From contig JAVKIH010000030.1 of assembly GCA_031459625.1 (NCBI GenBank), forward strand, positions 1-24,099: a stretch of 24,099 nucleotides of DNA, in the 5' to 3' direction. Each line of letters begins with the position of its first letter. Positions within the stretch are counted from its first letter, which is position 1. The translations under genes were made by a program, and so were the position numbers. This document shows, piece after piece, positions 7,717 through 15,847 of this stretch. The notes under the pieces were generated by a model, which was not told the origin of the DNA, ran no database searches, and worked only from the letters and a program-made list of their open reading frames with translations. Source of the stretch: Candidatus Geohabitans tengchongensis. Its GTDB lineage: Bacteria; Sysuimicrobiota; Sysuimicrobiia; Sysuimicrobiales; Humicultoraceae.

Positions 7717-9174
7717 TCAGCCGCGGGTGGGCGACGTCACACCTGCGCCCTGGCCTGCGCCCCGGCCTGCGCCCCACAGCGCCCCGGGTCCCAGGCGCTC
7801 CACGGCGGCCAGCTGCCGCACCGCCTCGGGGACGGCCGCGTAGCGCTCGCGCAGCGCGTCGGCGGCGAGCGTCCCCCCGGGGTCCTCAGCCGGTTGCGCT
7901 CCCACCTGCCCGACGGCCCACGCGAGCAGGTCGCGGAACTTCGCCGCCAGCGCCTCGTAGGGCACCGCCGCGCCGTCCTCTCCCGGGGCCTGCTCCACGA
8001 GCGCGCTGTGGGTGGGCCCGCCCTTCAGGCGCACGGTGACGCGGGCCGGCCAGGCCGCCGGGTAGCGCGCGTCCAAGGCGGGGTCGACCGCCACACGCAC
8101 GCGCCCCAGCAGACCGCGCACCTCCGGGTCCGCCAGCGCCGCCGGCTCGAACTCCCCGAGCCCCACCCGCCCCCAGCGCAGCGCCGCCGCCACCGTGTAG
8201 GGGAGGCTGAACTTCGCCTGGTAGGGCGTCTGCGGGTCGGGGTTGCCCGTAACCTGGAGGGCTGCACTGTAGGTTGCTACCCGCACCTCGTCGATCACCG
8301 GCAGGTCCACCCCGCCGCGCGACCGGACCTCAAGGGCGGCGACGATGGCGCCGTGCGTGTGGCCGCAGCAGGGAAAGAGCTTGAAGCTGTTTTCGGTGAT
8401 GGCGAACCGCTCGCCCAGGCGGTCGGTGACGCGGCCGGGATCGGCCTCGGCGGCCATGGCCCGGAAGAACCCCTGCTCCCCCTCCAGGATGGCCCGCGCG
8501 CCCGTGAAGCCTTCGCGGGCCAGCAGCGCGGCCAGCAGGCCGTCGTGGGCCGCGTGCCCGGCGTGGAGGTGCTTGGACATGGCGCCGTCCCGCAGGAACT
8601 CCCACAGCCCCGCGGCCATCGTCCCCGCCGAACCGAGGGCCTGCGCGGTGTCCCGCGGGCCCAGCCCCAGGACCTTGGCCGCCGCGGCCGCCGCGCCGAA
8701 GGTCCCGCAGGTGGCCGTGGTGTGCCAGAAGCGATAGTGGGAAGGGTTCACGGCCTCGGCGACGCGCACCGCCACCTCGAATCCCGCCACCACCGCCTCC
8801 AGCAGGCGCGGTCCCGAGACTCCTGCGCGTTCCGCCGCCGCGAGCGCCGCGGCCACCACGGGCGCGCCGGCGTGGGTCGTGGAGGGACGGTGGAGGTCGT
8901 CGACTTCGACGATGTGGGCGGCCAGGCCGTTGAGCAGCGCGGCCCGCAGGGCATCGGTGCGTGCGGCCGTAGCCACCACCTCGGCCTCCGGTCGGCCGCC
9001 CAGCGGCAGCAGCGCCCGCCGCGCCATCGCCGCTGGCGGCTGAGCCGCCCCCGCCAGGACCGCCCCGGCCCAGTCGAGGACGGTCTTCTGCGCCATGGCC
9101 CGGACCGCGTCCGGCAGGGCGTCGTAGCGCACCGTCACCACGAACTCCGCCAGGTGTTCGGACAGCGTCGCCAT
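7717..9174 (-). CDS. MmgE/PrpD family protein
   Basis: AALLNGLAAHIVEVDDLH..STTHAG, WHTTATCG, ILEGEQGF, FKLFPCCGHTH and AKFSLPY. ATG at 9174 after GGAGG. Confidence 0.92.
   Translation of the reverse strand: MATLSEHLAEFVVTVRYDALPDAVRAMAQKTVLDWAGAVLAGAAQPPAAMARRALLPLGGRPEAEVVATAARTDALRAALLNGLAAHIVEVDDLHRPSTTHAGAPVVAAALAAAERAGVSGPRLLEAVVAGFEVAVRVAEAVNPSHYRFWHTTATCGTFGAAAAAAKVLGLGPRDTAQALGSAGTMAAGLWEFLRDGAMSKHLHAGHAAHDGLLAALLAREGFTGARAILEGEQGFFRAMAAEADPGRVTDRLGERFAITENSFKLFPCCGHTHGAIVAALEVRSRGGVDLPVIDEVRVATYSAALQVTGNPDPQTPYQAKFSLPYTVAAALRWGRVGLGEFEPAALADPEVRGLLGRVRVAVDPALDARYPAAWPARVTVRLKGGPTHSALVEQAPGEDGAAVPYEALAAKFRDLLAWAVGQVGAQPAEDPGGTLAADALRERYAAVPEAVRQLAAVERLGPGALWGAGRGAGQGAGVTSPTRG
7742..7775. 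repeat. Short imperfect 12-bp tandem repeat (about 3 copies of CCTGCGCCC(C/T)GG)
   Basis: cctgcgccctgg-cctgcgccccgg-cctgcgcccc; encodes GAGR-GAGQ-GAG in the C-terminal tail of the MmgE/PrpD protein. Confidence 0.6.
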
Positions 9175-9231
9175 ACGGGAAGCCTCCGTCTCCAGCACCT
9201 TTCGCCCCCGGCGCCGCGTGGTCCCTGCTGC

Positions 9232-9342
9232 GGCCGACGGGTGCCGCAGCCGGCGCGCGTCTACTTCACGGGCGGGGCCACGGCGCTCCTCTACGGGTGG
9301 CGGGAGACCACCCTGGACGTCGACGTGAAGCTCGTCCCGGGA
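9232..9342 (+). pseudogene. Remnant of a nucleotidyltransferase gene (DUF6036-like, Pol-beta superfamily)
   Basis: Translates GRRVPQPARVYFTGGATALLYGWRETTLDVDVKLVPG: a GG...R.T.DxD nucleotidyltransferase signature. The family-like sequence stops right after it. Confidence 0.6.
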
Positions 9343-9421
9343 AACTCGACGCCCTGTCCGCAGGCCCCCGGCCCCTGGGCGGCGAAGAGCCTGGATGAAG
9401 CCAACCCCCAGGAGTGGTACG

Positions 9422-9670
9422 ATGGCTCGAGTCTTCCGGTCCCGTGACGAGGAACTCGCCTACCTGCGACAGGTGAAGGCGGACCTGGACGCGGCCACCA
9501 CGCGCGAGGAGGTGGCGGAGGTGTGGCGGCGCCACTACCTCACCGTCGGCCACCGCAAGCTCGGCCGCCTGCTGCTCGGCCAGACCCCGGAGCAGGCGAT
9601 GCGCGTGCGCGGCGGGACGGAAGCGTCCGGCGCGGGCGGGAGCGCCGACCGGGACGACCGCCAGGGGTAG
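9422..9670 (+). CDS. Small hypothetical protein (82 aa)
   Basis: ATG at 9422 with AGGAG 7 nt upstream; strong GC3 codon bias; globular helical composition (WRRHYLTVGHRKLGRLLLG). Confidence 0.75.
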   Translation: MARVFRSRDEELAYLRQVKADLDAATTREEVAEVWRRHYLTVGHRKLGRLLLGQTPEQAMRVRGGTEASGAGGSADRDDRQG

Positions 9671-9678
9671 GCGAGCCC

Positions 9679-10569
9679 GTGCGCCTCGGGGCCATCTTCC
9701 CCCAGACCGAGATCGGCAACGATCCCGGTGCCATCGCCGACTTCGCCCGCGCCGCCGAAGCGGCCGGCTACGACCACCTGCTGGCCTTCGACCACGTGCT
9801 GGGCGCCGTCCCCCGTCCCGGCTGGCGCGGCCCCTACACCGTCGAGCACCCCTTCCACGAGCCCTTCGTCCTCTTCGGCTTCCTGGCCGGGCTGACGCGC
9901 CGCCTGGAGCTGACCACCGGGATCGTCATCCTCCCGCAGCGCCAGACCGCGCTGGTGGCCAAGCAGGCCGCCGAGGTGGACGTCCTCTCCGGCGGCCGCC
10001 TGCGCCTGGGCGTGGGCATCGGGTGGAACGAGGTGGAGTACGAGGCGCTGGGGATGGACTTCCACACGCGCGGCCGGCGCATGGCCGAGCAGGTGCGCGT
10101 CCTGCGGCTGCTCTGGACGCAGGAGGTCGTGACGTTCCAGGGGCGCTGGCACCGCATCACCCAGGCGGGGATCAACCCGCTGCCGGTGCAGCGGCCGATC
10201 CCGCTCTGGATGGGCGGGCACGCCGAGCCGGCGCTGCGCCGCGCCGCCCGACTGGCCGACGGGTGGATGGCCGGGGGGACGCTGCGCACCTCCACCGTCC
10301 AGGGACCGCCCGCCAACCTGGAGACCTACCGCGGCATCGTGGAGCGGCTGCGGACCCTCTTGCGCGAGGCGGGGCGCGACCCTGCGGCCTTCGGGATCGA
10401 AGGGCGCATCGCCTACCAGTCGGGCCCGGACGGGTGGCGCGCGGGGTACGAGGCCTGGCGCGCCATGGGGGGAACGCACCTCAGCGTGACGACCATGGGC
10501 GCCGGATTGGACTCGCCCGCGAAGCACATCCAGGCCATCCAGGACGTCGCCGCCACCCTGCGCGGGTGA
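9679..10569 (+). CDS. LLM-class (luciferase-like) F420-dependent oxidoreductase, Rv2161c-like
   Basis: GAIFPQTEIG.DP, FDHVLGA, FHEPFVLFGFLA, ILPQRQTALVAKQAAEVDVLSGGRLRLGVGIGWN and RAARLADGW. GTG start at 9679. Confidence 0.9.
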   Translation: MRLGAIFPQTEIGNDPGAIADFARAAEAAGYDHLLAFDHVLGAVPRPGWRGPYTVEHPFHEPFVLFGFLAGLTRRLELTTGIVILPQRQTALVAKQAAEVDVLSGGRLRLGVGIGWNEVEYEALGMDFHTRGRRMAEQVRVLRLLWTQEVVTFQGRWHRITQAGINPLPVQRPIPLWMGGHAEPALRRAARLADGWMAGGTLRTSTVQGPPANLETYRGIVERLRTLLREAGRDPAAFGIEGRIAYQSGPDGWRAGYEAWRAMGGTHLSVTTMGAGLDSPAKHIQAIQDVAATLRG

Positions 10570-10584
10570 AGGCGCGTGCCGGCC

Positions 10585-10707
10585 ATGCGCAGGGGCGCCG
10601 GCGGGGGGCCCCAGGCCCCGTGATGCCCCCGACGTCGCCCCGGGGCGGTGGAGCGCGCTCGCCGTGCTGACCGCCACCCTGGTCCAGGGGATGTCCCCTG
10701 GTTCTCG
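10585..10707 (+). pseudogene. Frameshifted, truncated 5' remnant of an MFS transporter gene
   Basis: From 10646 reads RWSALAVLTATLVQGMS, then after a one-base shift WFS. This matches my recollection of the TM1 pattern RW.ALA.L....L.MS.WFS of an MFS subfamily. Similarity ends at about 10707. Confidence 0.45.
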
Positions 10708-10860
10708 GACCCCTTCCCCTTCCCTCGCGCCACCTTCGACCCCAGGCAGGGAGCCCCGAGGCGAGCGCCCCCTGACCCACCTCTGACAGGCTGCGGGACA
10801 AGACCCCAGGGCCAAGCCGGCACACGCATCGGAAACCCGGAGGAGGAATCGCCGGGCTGG

Positions 10861-10911
10861 TTGCTGAATGGAACTATTCCAGGATGCTCTCAGATTGAAG
10901 AGATGCATTCA
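10861..10911 (+). promoter_or_regulatory. Putative promoter/operator region of the RpiR-led operon
   Basis: Locally AT-rich. Inverted repeats TGGAA-cta-TTCCA (10869-10881) and TGAA-N8-TTCA (10896-10911); a -35-like TTGCTG at 10861. Confidence 0.45.
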
Positions 10912-10913
10912 CG

Positions 10914-11816
10914 ATGCCTGCCCGGCCTCATCTCACAGCTGCCCCGTCGACTACCCATCCGGTAGAGTCCGAGCGTTTCTCTGCGCTGCTCGCCCGCGCG
11001 TACCAACGGCTGCCCGCTGCCCAACGCCGCGTCGCCGACCTCCTCGCACGCCAGTACCGACGGCTGGCCTTCCTGTCCGCCGAGGAGGTCGCCGCCCTGG
11101 CCGGAGTCAGTGACTCCACCGTGGTACGCCTCGCCATGGCGCTGGGCTACCGGGGGTACGCAGACCTCCAGCGGGCCGTCCGGGAAGTGCTGGACGAGGA
11201 CCTCCACCCCGTGGACCGGATCCGTCGCGACCTGCATGGCGTCCGGGCCGAGGGAGAACTGTTCGACCGCTTGATGGCCGTCGACGAGGCCAGCATCCGT
11301 GAGACCCGGTCGAGGCTCGCGGTCGCCAGCGTCGTGCGCGCGGCGCAGACGCTGGCGCAGGCGCGCGTCGTCTACATCATGGGGCTCCGCGGATCATACC
11401 CGCTGGCCTTCTTCCTCGCCTTGCACCTCGGCCAGGTCCGCCCGCACGTGCTCCTCCTTGAAGCCCGCGGGGGAACGGCTCTGGACCCGCTGGCCTCCGC
11501 CCAGGGCAGTGGCGTGCTCGTCGCCATCGCCATGTCGCGCTACTCCAGCCTCACTGTCCGGGCGGCCGAGTTCGCCCGCCAGCGAGGGCTCCACGTCCTG
11601 GCCATCACCGACAGCCCCGGCAGCCCGCTGGCCCCGCTCGCACACCAGCTCCTCCTGGTCAGTGCGGATGACGTACCCGCCGCGTGCGTGGCGGGCCTCA
11701 GTCTCTGCAACGTCCTGGCCTCGCTGGTCCGCCGGCGCCTGGGAGCCGAGGGGCGGCGAACCAGCCTGACTCTGGAGACCATGCTCCACCGGGCCGGTCT
11801 GCTGGAGAGGGGGTGA
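10914..11816 (+). CDS. MurR/RpiR family transcriptional regulator (HTH + SIS)
   Basis: LPAAQRRVAD, LSAEEVAALAGVSDSTVVRLAMALGYRGYADLQ (RpiR HTH), YIMGLRGS and LAITDSPGSPLA (SIS). Exact start uncertain. Confidence 0.92.
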   Translation: MPARPHLTAAPSTTHPVESERFSALLARAYQRLPAAQRRVADLLARQYRRLAFLSAEEVAALAGVSDSTVVRLAMALGYRGYADLQRAVREVLDEDLHPVDRIRRDLHGVRAEGELFDRLMAVDEASIRETRSRLAVASVVRAAQTLAQARVVYIMGLRGSYPLAFFLALHLGQVRPHVLLLEARGGTALDPLASAQGSGVLVAIAMSRYSSLTVRAAEFARQRGLHVLAITDSPGSPLAPLAHQLLLVSADDVPAACVAGLSLCNVLASLVRRRLGAEGRRTSLTLETMLHRAGLLERG

Positions 11817-11910
11817 GGAGCCGACACACAGGCAACGGACTGGCCGCTGGCGTCCCCGGCCCGTCAGGGCTCGGGAACCATGATGCGCTTGAGAAGGGAG
11901 GCGGTACAGC

Positions 11911-12696
11911 GTGAACCGTACGTGGCTGGCGCTCTGGGTGGTGGCAGCGCTTCTCCTGGGGCCGAGCGGACTCGCTGGAGCGGCGGACGGGTCCCTCGCC
12001 CGTGTCAAGAAGGCCGGGGTCCTCACCGTCTGTGCCGTGGACGGCCTCCTTCCGTACTCGAGCTCCGACCAGCGCACGCCGGGGTTCGAGGTCGAAATCG
12101 CGCAGGCGATTGCGCGCGAGCTGGGCGTGGCCGTGCGCCATCACTGGACAACCTGGGACGGACTGATCCCCGCACTCACGAGCAAGCGTTGCGACGCCAT
12201 CATCGACGGGATGTTCATCACGCCTGAACGCCAGAAGGTCATTGCTTTCTCCCGCCCGTACTACGGGTCGGGTGAGACCATCCTCGTGCGCAAGGACAAT
12301 ACGACGATCCGGGGGCTGGCAGATCTGAAGGGCAAGCGGGTCGGGGTGCTCTCCGGCTCGGTGACCGTCGAGTACCTGCGCAAGAAGGGCATCGCCACGC
12401 TGGTCGTCTACCCGGACCAGAACACGATCATCCTCGAGTTGAACAACGGGCGCATCGAGGCCGCGTACCTCGAAGCTCCCAGCGCGGCGTGGGCGCTGAA
12501 GAAGGACCCGACGCTCAACATCAAGATCGTCAAAGAGTACATCCCCGAGGAGCGCTTCAACGCTGGCGTCGGGCTCCGGAAGGCGGACCGAGAGCTGCTC
12601 GAAGCCATCAACACCGCCGTGACCAAACTGGTGCAGAACGGCACCATCGCCCGCATCCTGGGCAAGTACGGGGTCCCCTTCTACCCGGCGAAGTAG
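11911..12696 (+). CDS. Polar amino-acid ABC transporter substrate-binding protein (family 3)
   Basis: Signal peptide; GFEVEIA, WDGLIPAL, ITPERQKVIAFSRPYY, DLKGKRVGV and GRIEA. GTG start after GGGAGG. Confidence 0.93.
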   Translation: MNRTWLALWVVAALLLGPSGLAGAADGSLARVKKAGVLTVCAVDGLLPYSSSDQRTPGFEVEIAQAIARELGVAVRHHWTTWDGLIPALTSKRCDAIIDGMFITPERQKVIAFSRPYYGSGETILVRKDNTTIRGLADLKGKRVGVLSGSVTVEYLRKKGIATLVVYPDQNTIILELNNGRIEAAYLEAPSAAWALKKDPTLNIKIVKEYIPEERFNAGVGLRKADRELLEAINTAVTKLVQNGTIARILGKYGVPFYPAK

Positions 12697-13350
12697 ATGC
12701 TCGAGGTCATCCGTGATGCCCTCCCCTTCCTGATGGCGGGTGCCATCACGACGATCAACATCTCCATCGTCGCCATGGGGGTGGGCCTCGTCCTCGGGCT
12801 CGTGGCAGCCCTCTGCCGCATGAGCCGGGCGCGCGTCGTGCAGTGGGGTGCCGTCGGGTACATCGAGCTCATCCGCGGCACCCCGCTGCTGGCGCAGCTC
12901 TTCCTCCTGTACTACGGCCTGCCGCAGTTTGGGATTCGCCTCGAACCCTTCACGGCCGCTGTCCTCGGACTGGGCATCAACTACGGGGCCTACCTGGCCG
13001 AAGTGTATCGCGCGGGCATCCTCTCCATCGACCGGGGGCAGTGGGAAGCCGGGTTCTCCATCGGCATGTCGTGGTGGGTCCTGATGTACGTCATCATCCT
13101 GCCGCAAGCCATCCGCGTGATCCTCCCACCGGTCGGAAACTACTTCATCTCCATGCTCAAGGACTCGGCCTTGACCGCCACCATCGCCGTCTCCGAACTC
13201 CTGCGCCAGGCCCAGCTGCGGGTGGCCGTGACCTTCCGGAGTTTTGAGATCTACGCCCTGGCGGCCCTGATCTACTTCATCATGAGCTACCCCCTCTCGC
13301 TGGCGGTGGGTGCGCTGGAACGACGGACCACCCAAGGCACGAGGGCCTAG
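12697..13350 (+). CDS. Polar amino-acid ABC transporter permease (HisM/GlnP type)
   Basis: YIELIRGTPLLAQL, AYLAEVYRAGI.SIDRGQWEAG (EAA loop), ILPQA and LKDSAL. Confidence 0.94.
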   Translation: MLEVIRDALPFLMAGAITTINISIVAMGVGLVLGLVAALCRMSRARVVQWGAVGYIELIRGTPLLAQLFLLYYGLPQFGIRLEPFTAAVLGLGINYGAYLAEVYRAGILSIDRGQWEAGFSIGMSWWVLMYVIILPQAIRVILPPVGNYFISMLKDSALTATIAVSELLRQAQLRVAVTFRSFEIYALAALIYFIMSYPLSLAVGALERRTTQGTRA

Positions 13351-13352
13351 TC

Positions 13353-14159
13353 GTGGCTCCTCTCCTCGAACTGCAGGGACTCTCGAAGCGGTTCGGCGGG
13401 GTGCAGGCTGTCGAGGAGGTCTCCCTCAGGCTCGAGGCGGGGGAGGTGGTGGTCATCATCGGCCCGAGCGGATCGGGGAAGAGCACGCTCCTTCGGTGCG
13501 TGAACCTGCTGGAGCTGCCGGACGAGGGGGAGATCCGCCTCAACGGTGAGAGGGTGTTTCGGCGAGCCCGGGGAGAGACGTTGACGCACCGCCAGATCGA
13601 CGAGGCGCAGCGGCAGCTTCGACGTGCCACGGGCATGGTCTTTCAACGCTTCAACCTCTTCCCGCATCTGACGGCCCTGCAGAACGTCACCGTCGGGCTG
13701 ACCTGGGTGAAGGGCCTTGGCCGCGACGAAGCTCACCGTAAGGGACTGGAGCTGCTCGGCCAGGTCGGCCTGGAGGACAAGGTGGAAGCCTATCCCGCCC
13801 AGCTCAGTGGTGGGCAGCAGCAGCGGGTGGCCATCGCCCGGGCGCTGGGGATGAATCCCCGCATCATGCTCTTCGACGAACCCACGTCCGCCCTGGACCC
13901 CGAGCTGGTCGAGGAAGTCCTTCACGTGATCAAGCGCCTCACGAAGACCGGGATGGCCAAGATCATCGTCACCCATGAGATGGGATTCGCCCAGGACGTG
14001 GCCGACCGCGTCCTCTTCATGGACCTGGGACGCATCGTCGAGGAGGGCCCGCCGCACAGGATGTTCACCGCGCCGGCCAACCCTCGGACGCGTGCCTTTC
14101 TGCGTAAGATCATCCACCGGAATGTGATCCTCGAGGATCACGCGAACATCAGAGGCTAG
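13353..14159 (+). CDS. Polar amino-acid ABC transporter ATP-binding protein (GlnQ type)
   Basis: [52 protein letters not shown] and VTHEMGFA. Confidence 0.95.
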   Translation: MAPLLELQGLSKRFGGVQAVEEVSLRLEAGEVVVIIGPSGSGKSTLLRCVNLLELPDEGEIRLNGERVFRRARGETLTHRQIDEAQRQLRRATGMVFQRFNLFPHLTALQNVTVGLTWVKGLGRDEAHRKGLELLGQVGLEDKVEAYPAQLSGGQQQRVAIARALGMNPRIMLFDEPTSALDPELVEEVLHVIKRLTKTGMAKIIVTHEMGFAQDVADRVLFMDLGRIVEEGPPHRMFTAPANPRTRAFLRKIIHRNVILEDHANIRG

Positions 14160-14170
14160 GACCGCCGACG

Positions 14171-15847
14171 ATGAGGATGACAGGTCTCGTGGACCCGGCG
14201 ACGGTGACCATTCTCCAGCACGCCCTCCATCGCATTGCCGAGGAAATGGGCGTAAATCTCCTCCACGCCGCGCGGTCGACGGTGATCCGCGAAGCGCGCG
14301 ACTGTTCTTGCGCCCTCCTGGACGCGCAAGGACGGATCATTGCCGAGGCGGAGCACATTCCCGTGCAGATGAGCTCCCTCTCCCTCCCACTGACGGCGTG
14401 TCTGCGGAAGTTCGGCACCATTACCCCGGGGGAAGTCTTCGTCATCAATGACCCCTTCCAGGGAGGCCAGCACCTGCAGGACATCATCATCTTCACCCCG
14501 GTCTTTGTCGACGGAGAGCTCCTGGGCTTCGCGGGAAGCATTGCCCATCACGTGGACATTGGAGGTGCGTCTGCCGGTTTGACCTTCGACGCCACCGAGA
14601 CCTTCCAGGAAGGGTTGCGACTGCCGGGCTTGAGGCTCAACGCCGACCGGGACTTCGCCCCGGGCGGCATCTTCTACGATTTCGTCGCGGCCAACGTCCG
14701 TGCACCCCAGACGACCATCGGCGACCTTCGGGCCCAGTTGGCTGCCAACCACGTCGGTGCGACCCGGCTTCAGGAGCTGGCACGCCAGTATGGCCTCTCC
14801 ACCCTGCGCCTCGGGATCGAGGCCACCCTGGACTATGCCGAGCGGCTGATCCGGCAGGGCATCGCCGGCATTCCGGATGGCGTGTACCGTGCGGAGGACG
14901 TCATTGACAGCGGAGTCTTCACCCGGCACCCGATCCCGATTCGGGTGACGCTGACCGTCCAGGGGTCCGACCTGCTCGTCGACTTCACGGGGACGCACCC
15001 CCAGGTCCCCGAGTTCATCAATGTGCCCCTGGGCTCCACCTACTCGACGACCTACAGCGTCATCAAGATGGCGCTGAGTTCAGGTGGCCGGCGCATTCCC
15101 GCCAATGCCGGATGCTATCGCCCTATCCAGATCCTCGTCCCGGAGGGCTCGTTGCTCAACCCCACGCCGCCCTTCGCCGTGCGCGCCCGGATGTGCGGAG
15201 CCTATCGCATCTTCGACGCGGTCCTGCTGGCGTTGGCCCAGGCGATGCCGGATCGGGTCCCGGCTCTCGGGTTCCACGTCAACACGACCAGCGGATTCTC
15301 ACGATTTGCGGACGGACGCTACTGGATCTTCATCGAGGACCTGGGCGGCGGGTGGGGCGGAACGCCCGTGGGCGACGGGGCGGACGGTCTCGATGCCCCC
15401 CTCTCCAACTGCCGCGTGACGCCGGTGGAAGCCCTGGAGCTGGACCACCCATACCTGCGCGTGGAGCGTTACGCGCTGCTCCCCAATTCGGGAGGGGCGG
15501 GGAAGTTCCGCGGCGGGTTGGGGGCGGTGCGCGAGTACCGGGTGCTGGCCGACGGCGTCGAGTTCTTCGGATACGCGGACCGGCACCGCTTCCCTCCGAG
15601 GGGTCTGGCGGGAGGGGGAGATGGCACCTGCGGGGCCTTCCGGCTCATCCGCCGCGGACGCGGCCGACGGCTTCCGTCGAAGATCAAGTGCCCCGTCCAA
15701 CCCGGCGACCTCGTGCAGGTACGCCTCGGGGGTGGCGGCGGCTACGGGCCTCCCCTGGAGCGGGACCCCGCGCGGGCCCAGGAGGATGTCCGGCTGGGGA
15801 AGGTCACCCGGCCCCGACTCCGCCGTCGAGGGGAGCCAGACCCGTGA
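14171..15847 (+). CDS. Hydantoinase B/oxoprolinase family protein (HyuB-like)
   Basis: AEEMG, IREARDCSCA, NDPFQGGQHLQD, HHVDIGG, FQEGLRLP, DFTGT, SGGAGKFRGGLG and GGGGYGPPLERDP. Confidence 0.93.
   Translation: MRMTGLVDPATVTILQHALHRIAEEMGVNLLHAARSTVIREARDCSCALLDAQGRIIAEAEHIPVQMSSLSLPLTACLRKFGTITPGEVFVINDPFQGGQHLQDIIIFTPVFVDGELLGFAGSIAHHVDIGGASAGLTFDATETFQEGLRLPGLRLNADRDFAPGGIFYDFVAANVRAPQTTIGDLRAQLAANHVGATRLQELARQYGLSTLRLGIEATLDYAERLIRQGIAGIPDGVYRAEDVIDSGVFTRHPIPIRVTLTVQGSDLLVDFTGTHPQVPEFINVPLGSTYSTTYSVIKMALSSGGRRIPANAGCYRPIQILVPEGSLLNPTPPFAVRARMCGAYRIFDAVLLALAQAMPDRVPALGFHVNTTSGFSRFADGRYWIFIEDLGGGWGGTPVGDGADGLDAPLSNCRVTPVEALELDHPYLRVERYALLPNSGGAGKFRGGLGAVREYRVLADGVEFFGYADRHRFPPRGLAGGGDGTCGAFRLIRRGRGRRLPSKIKCPVQPGDLVQVRLGGGGGYGPPLERDPARAQEDVRLGKVTRPRLRRRGEPDP

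Noticed and set aside
7742..7775. 12-bp tandem repeat as a CRISPR or phase-variation element
   Set aside because: Only about three imperfect in-frame copies with no spacers; it encodes a low-complexity protein tail.
10684..10701. Inverted repeat CCAGGGG-atgt-CCCCTGG as terminator of the LLM gene
   Set aside because: It lies over 100 nt from the stop, has only a weak TTCTC tail, and falls inside the likely MFS remnant.
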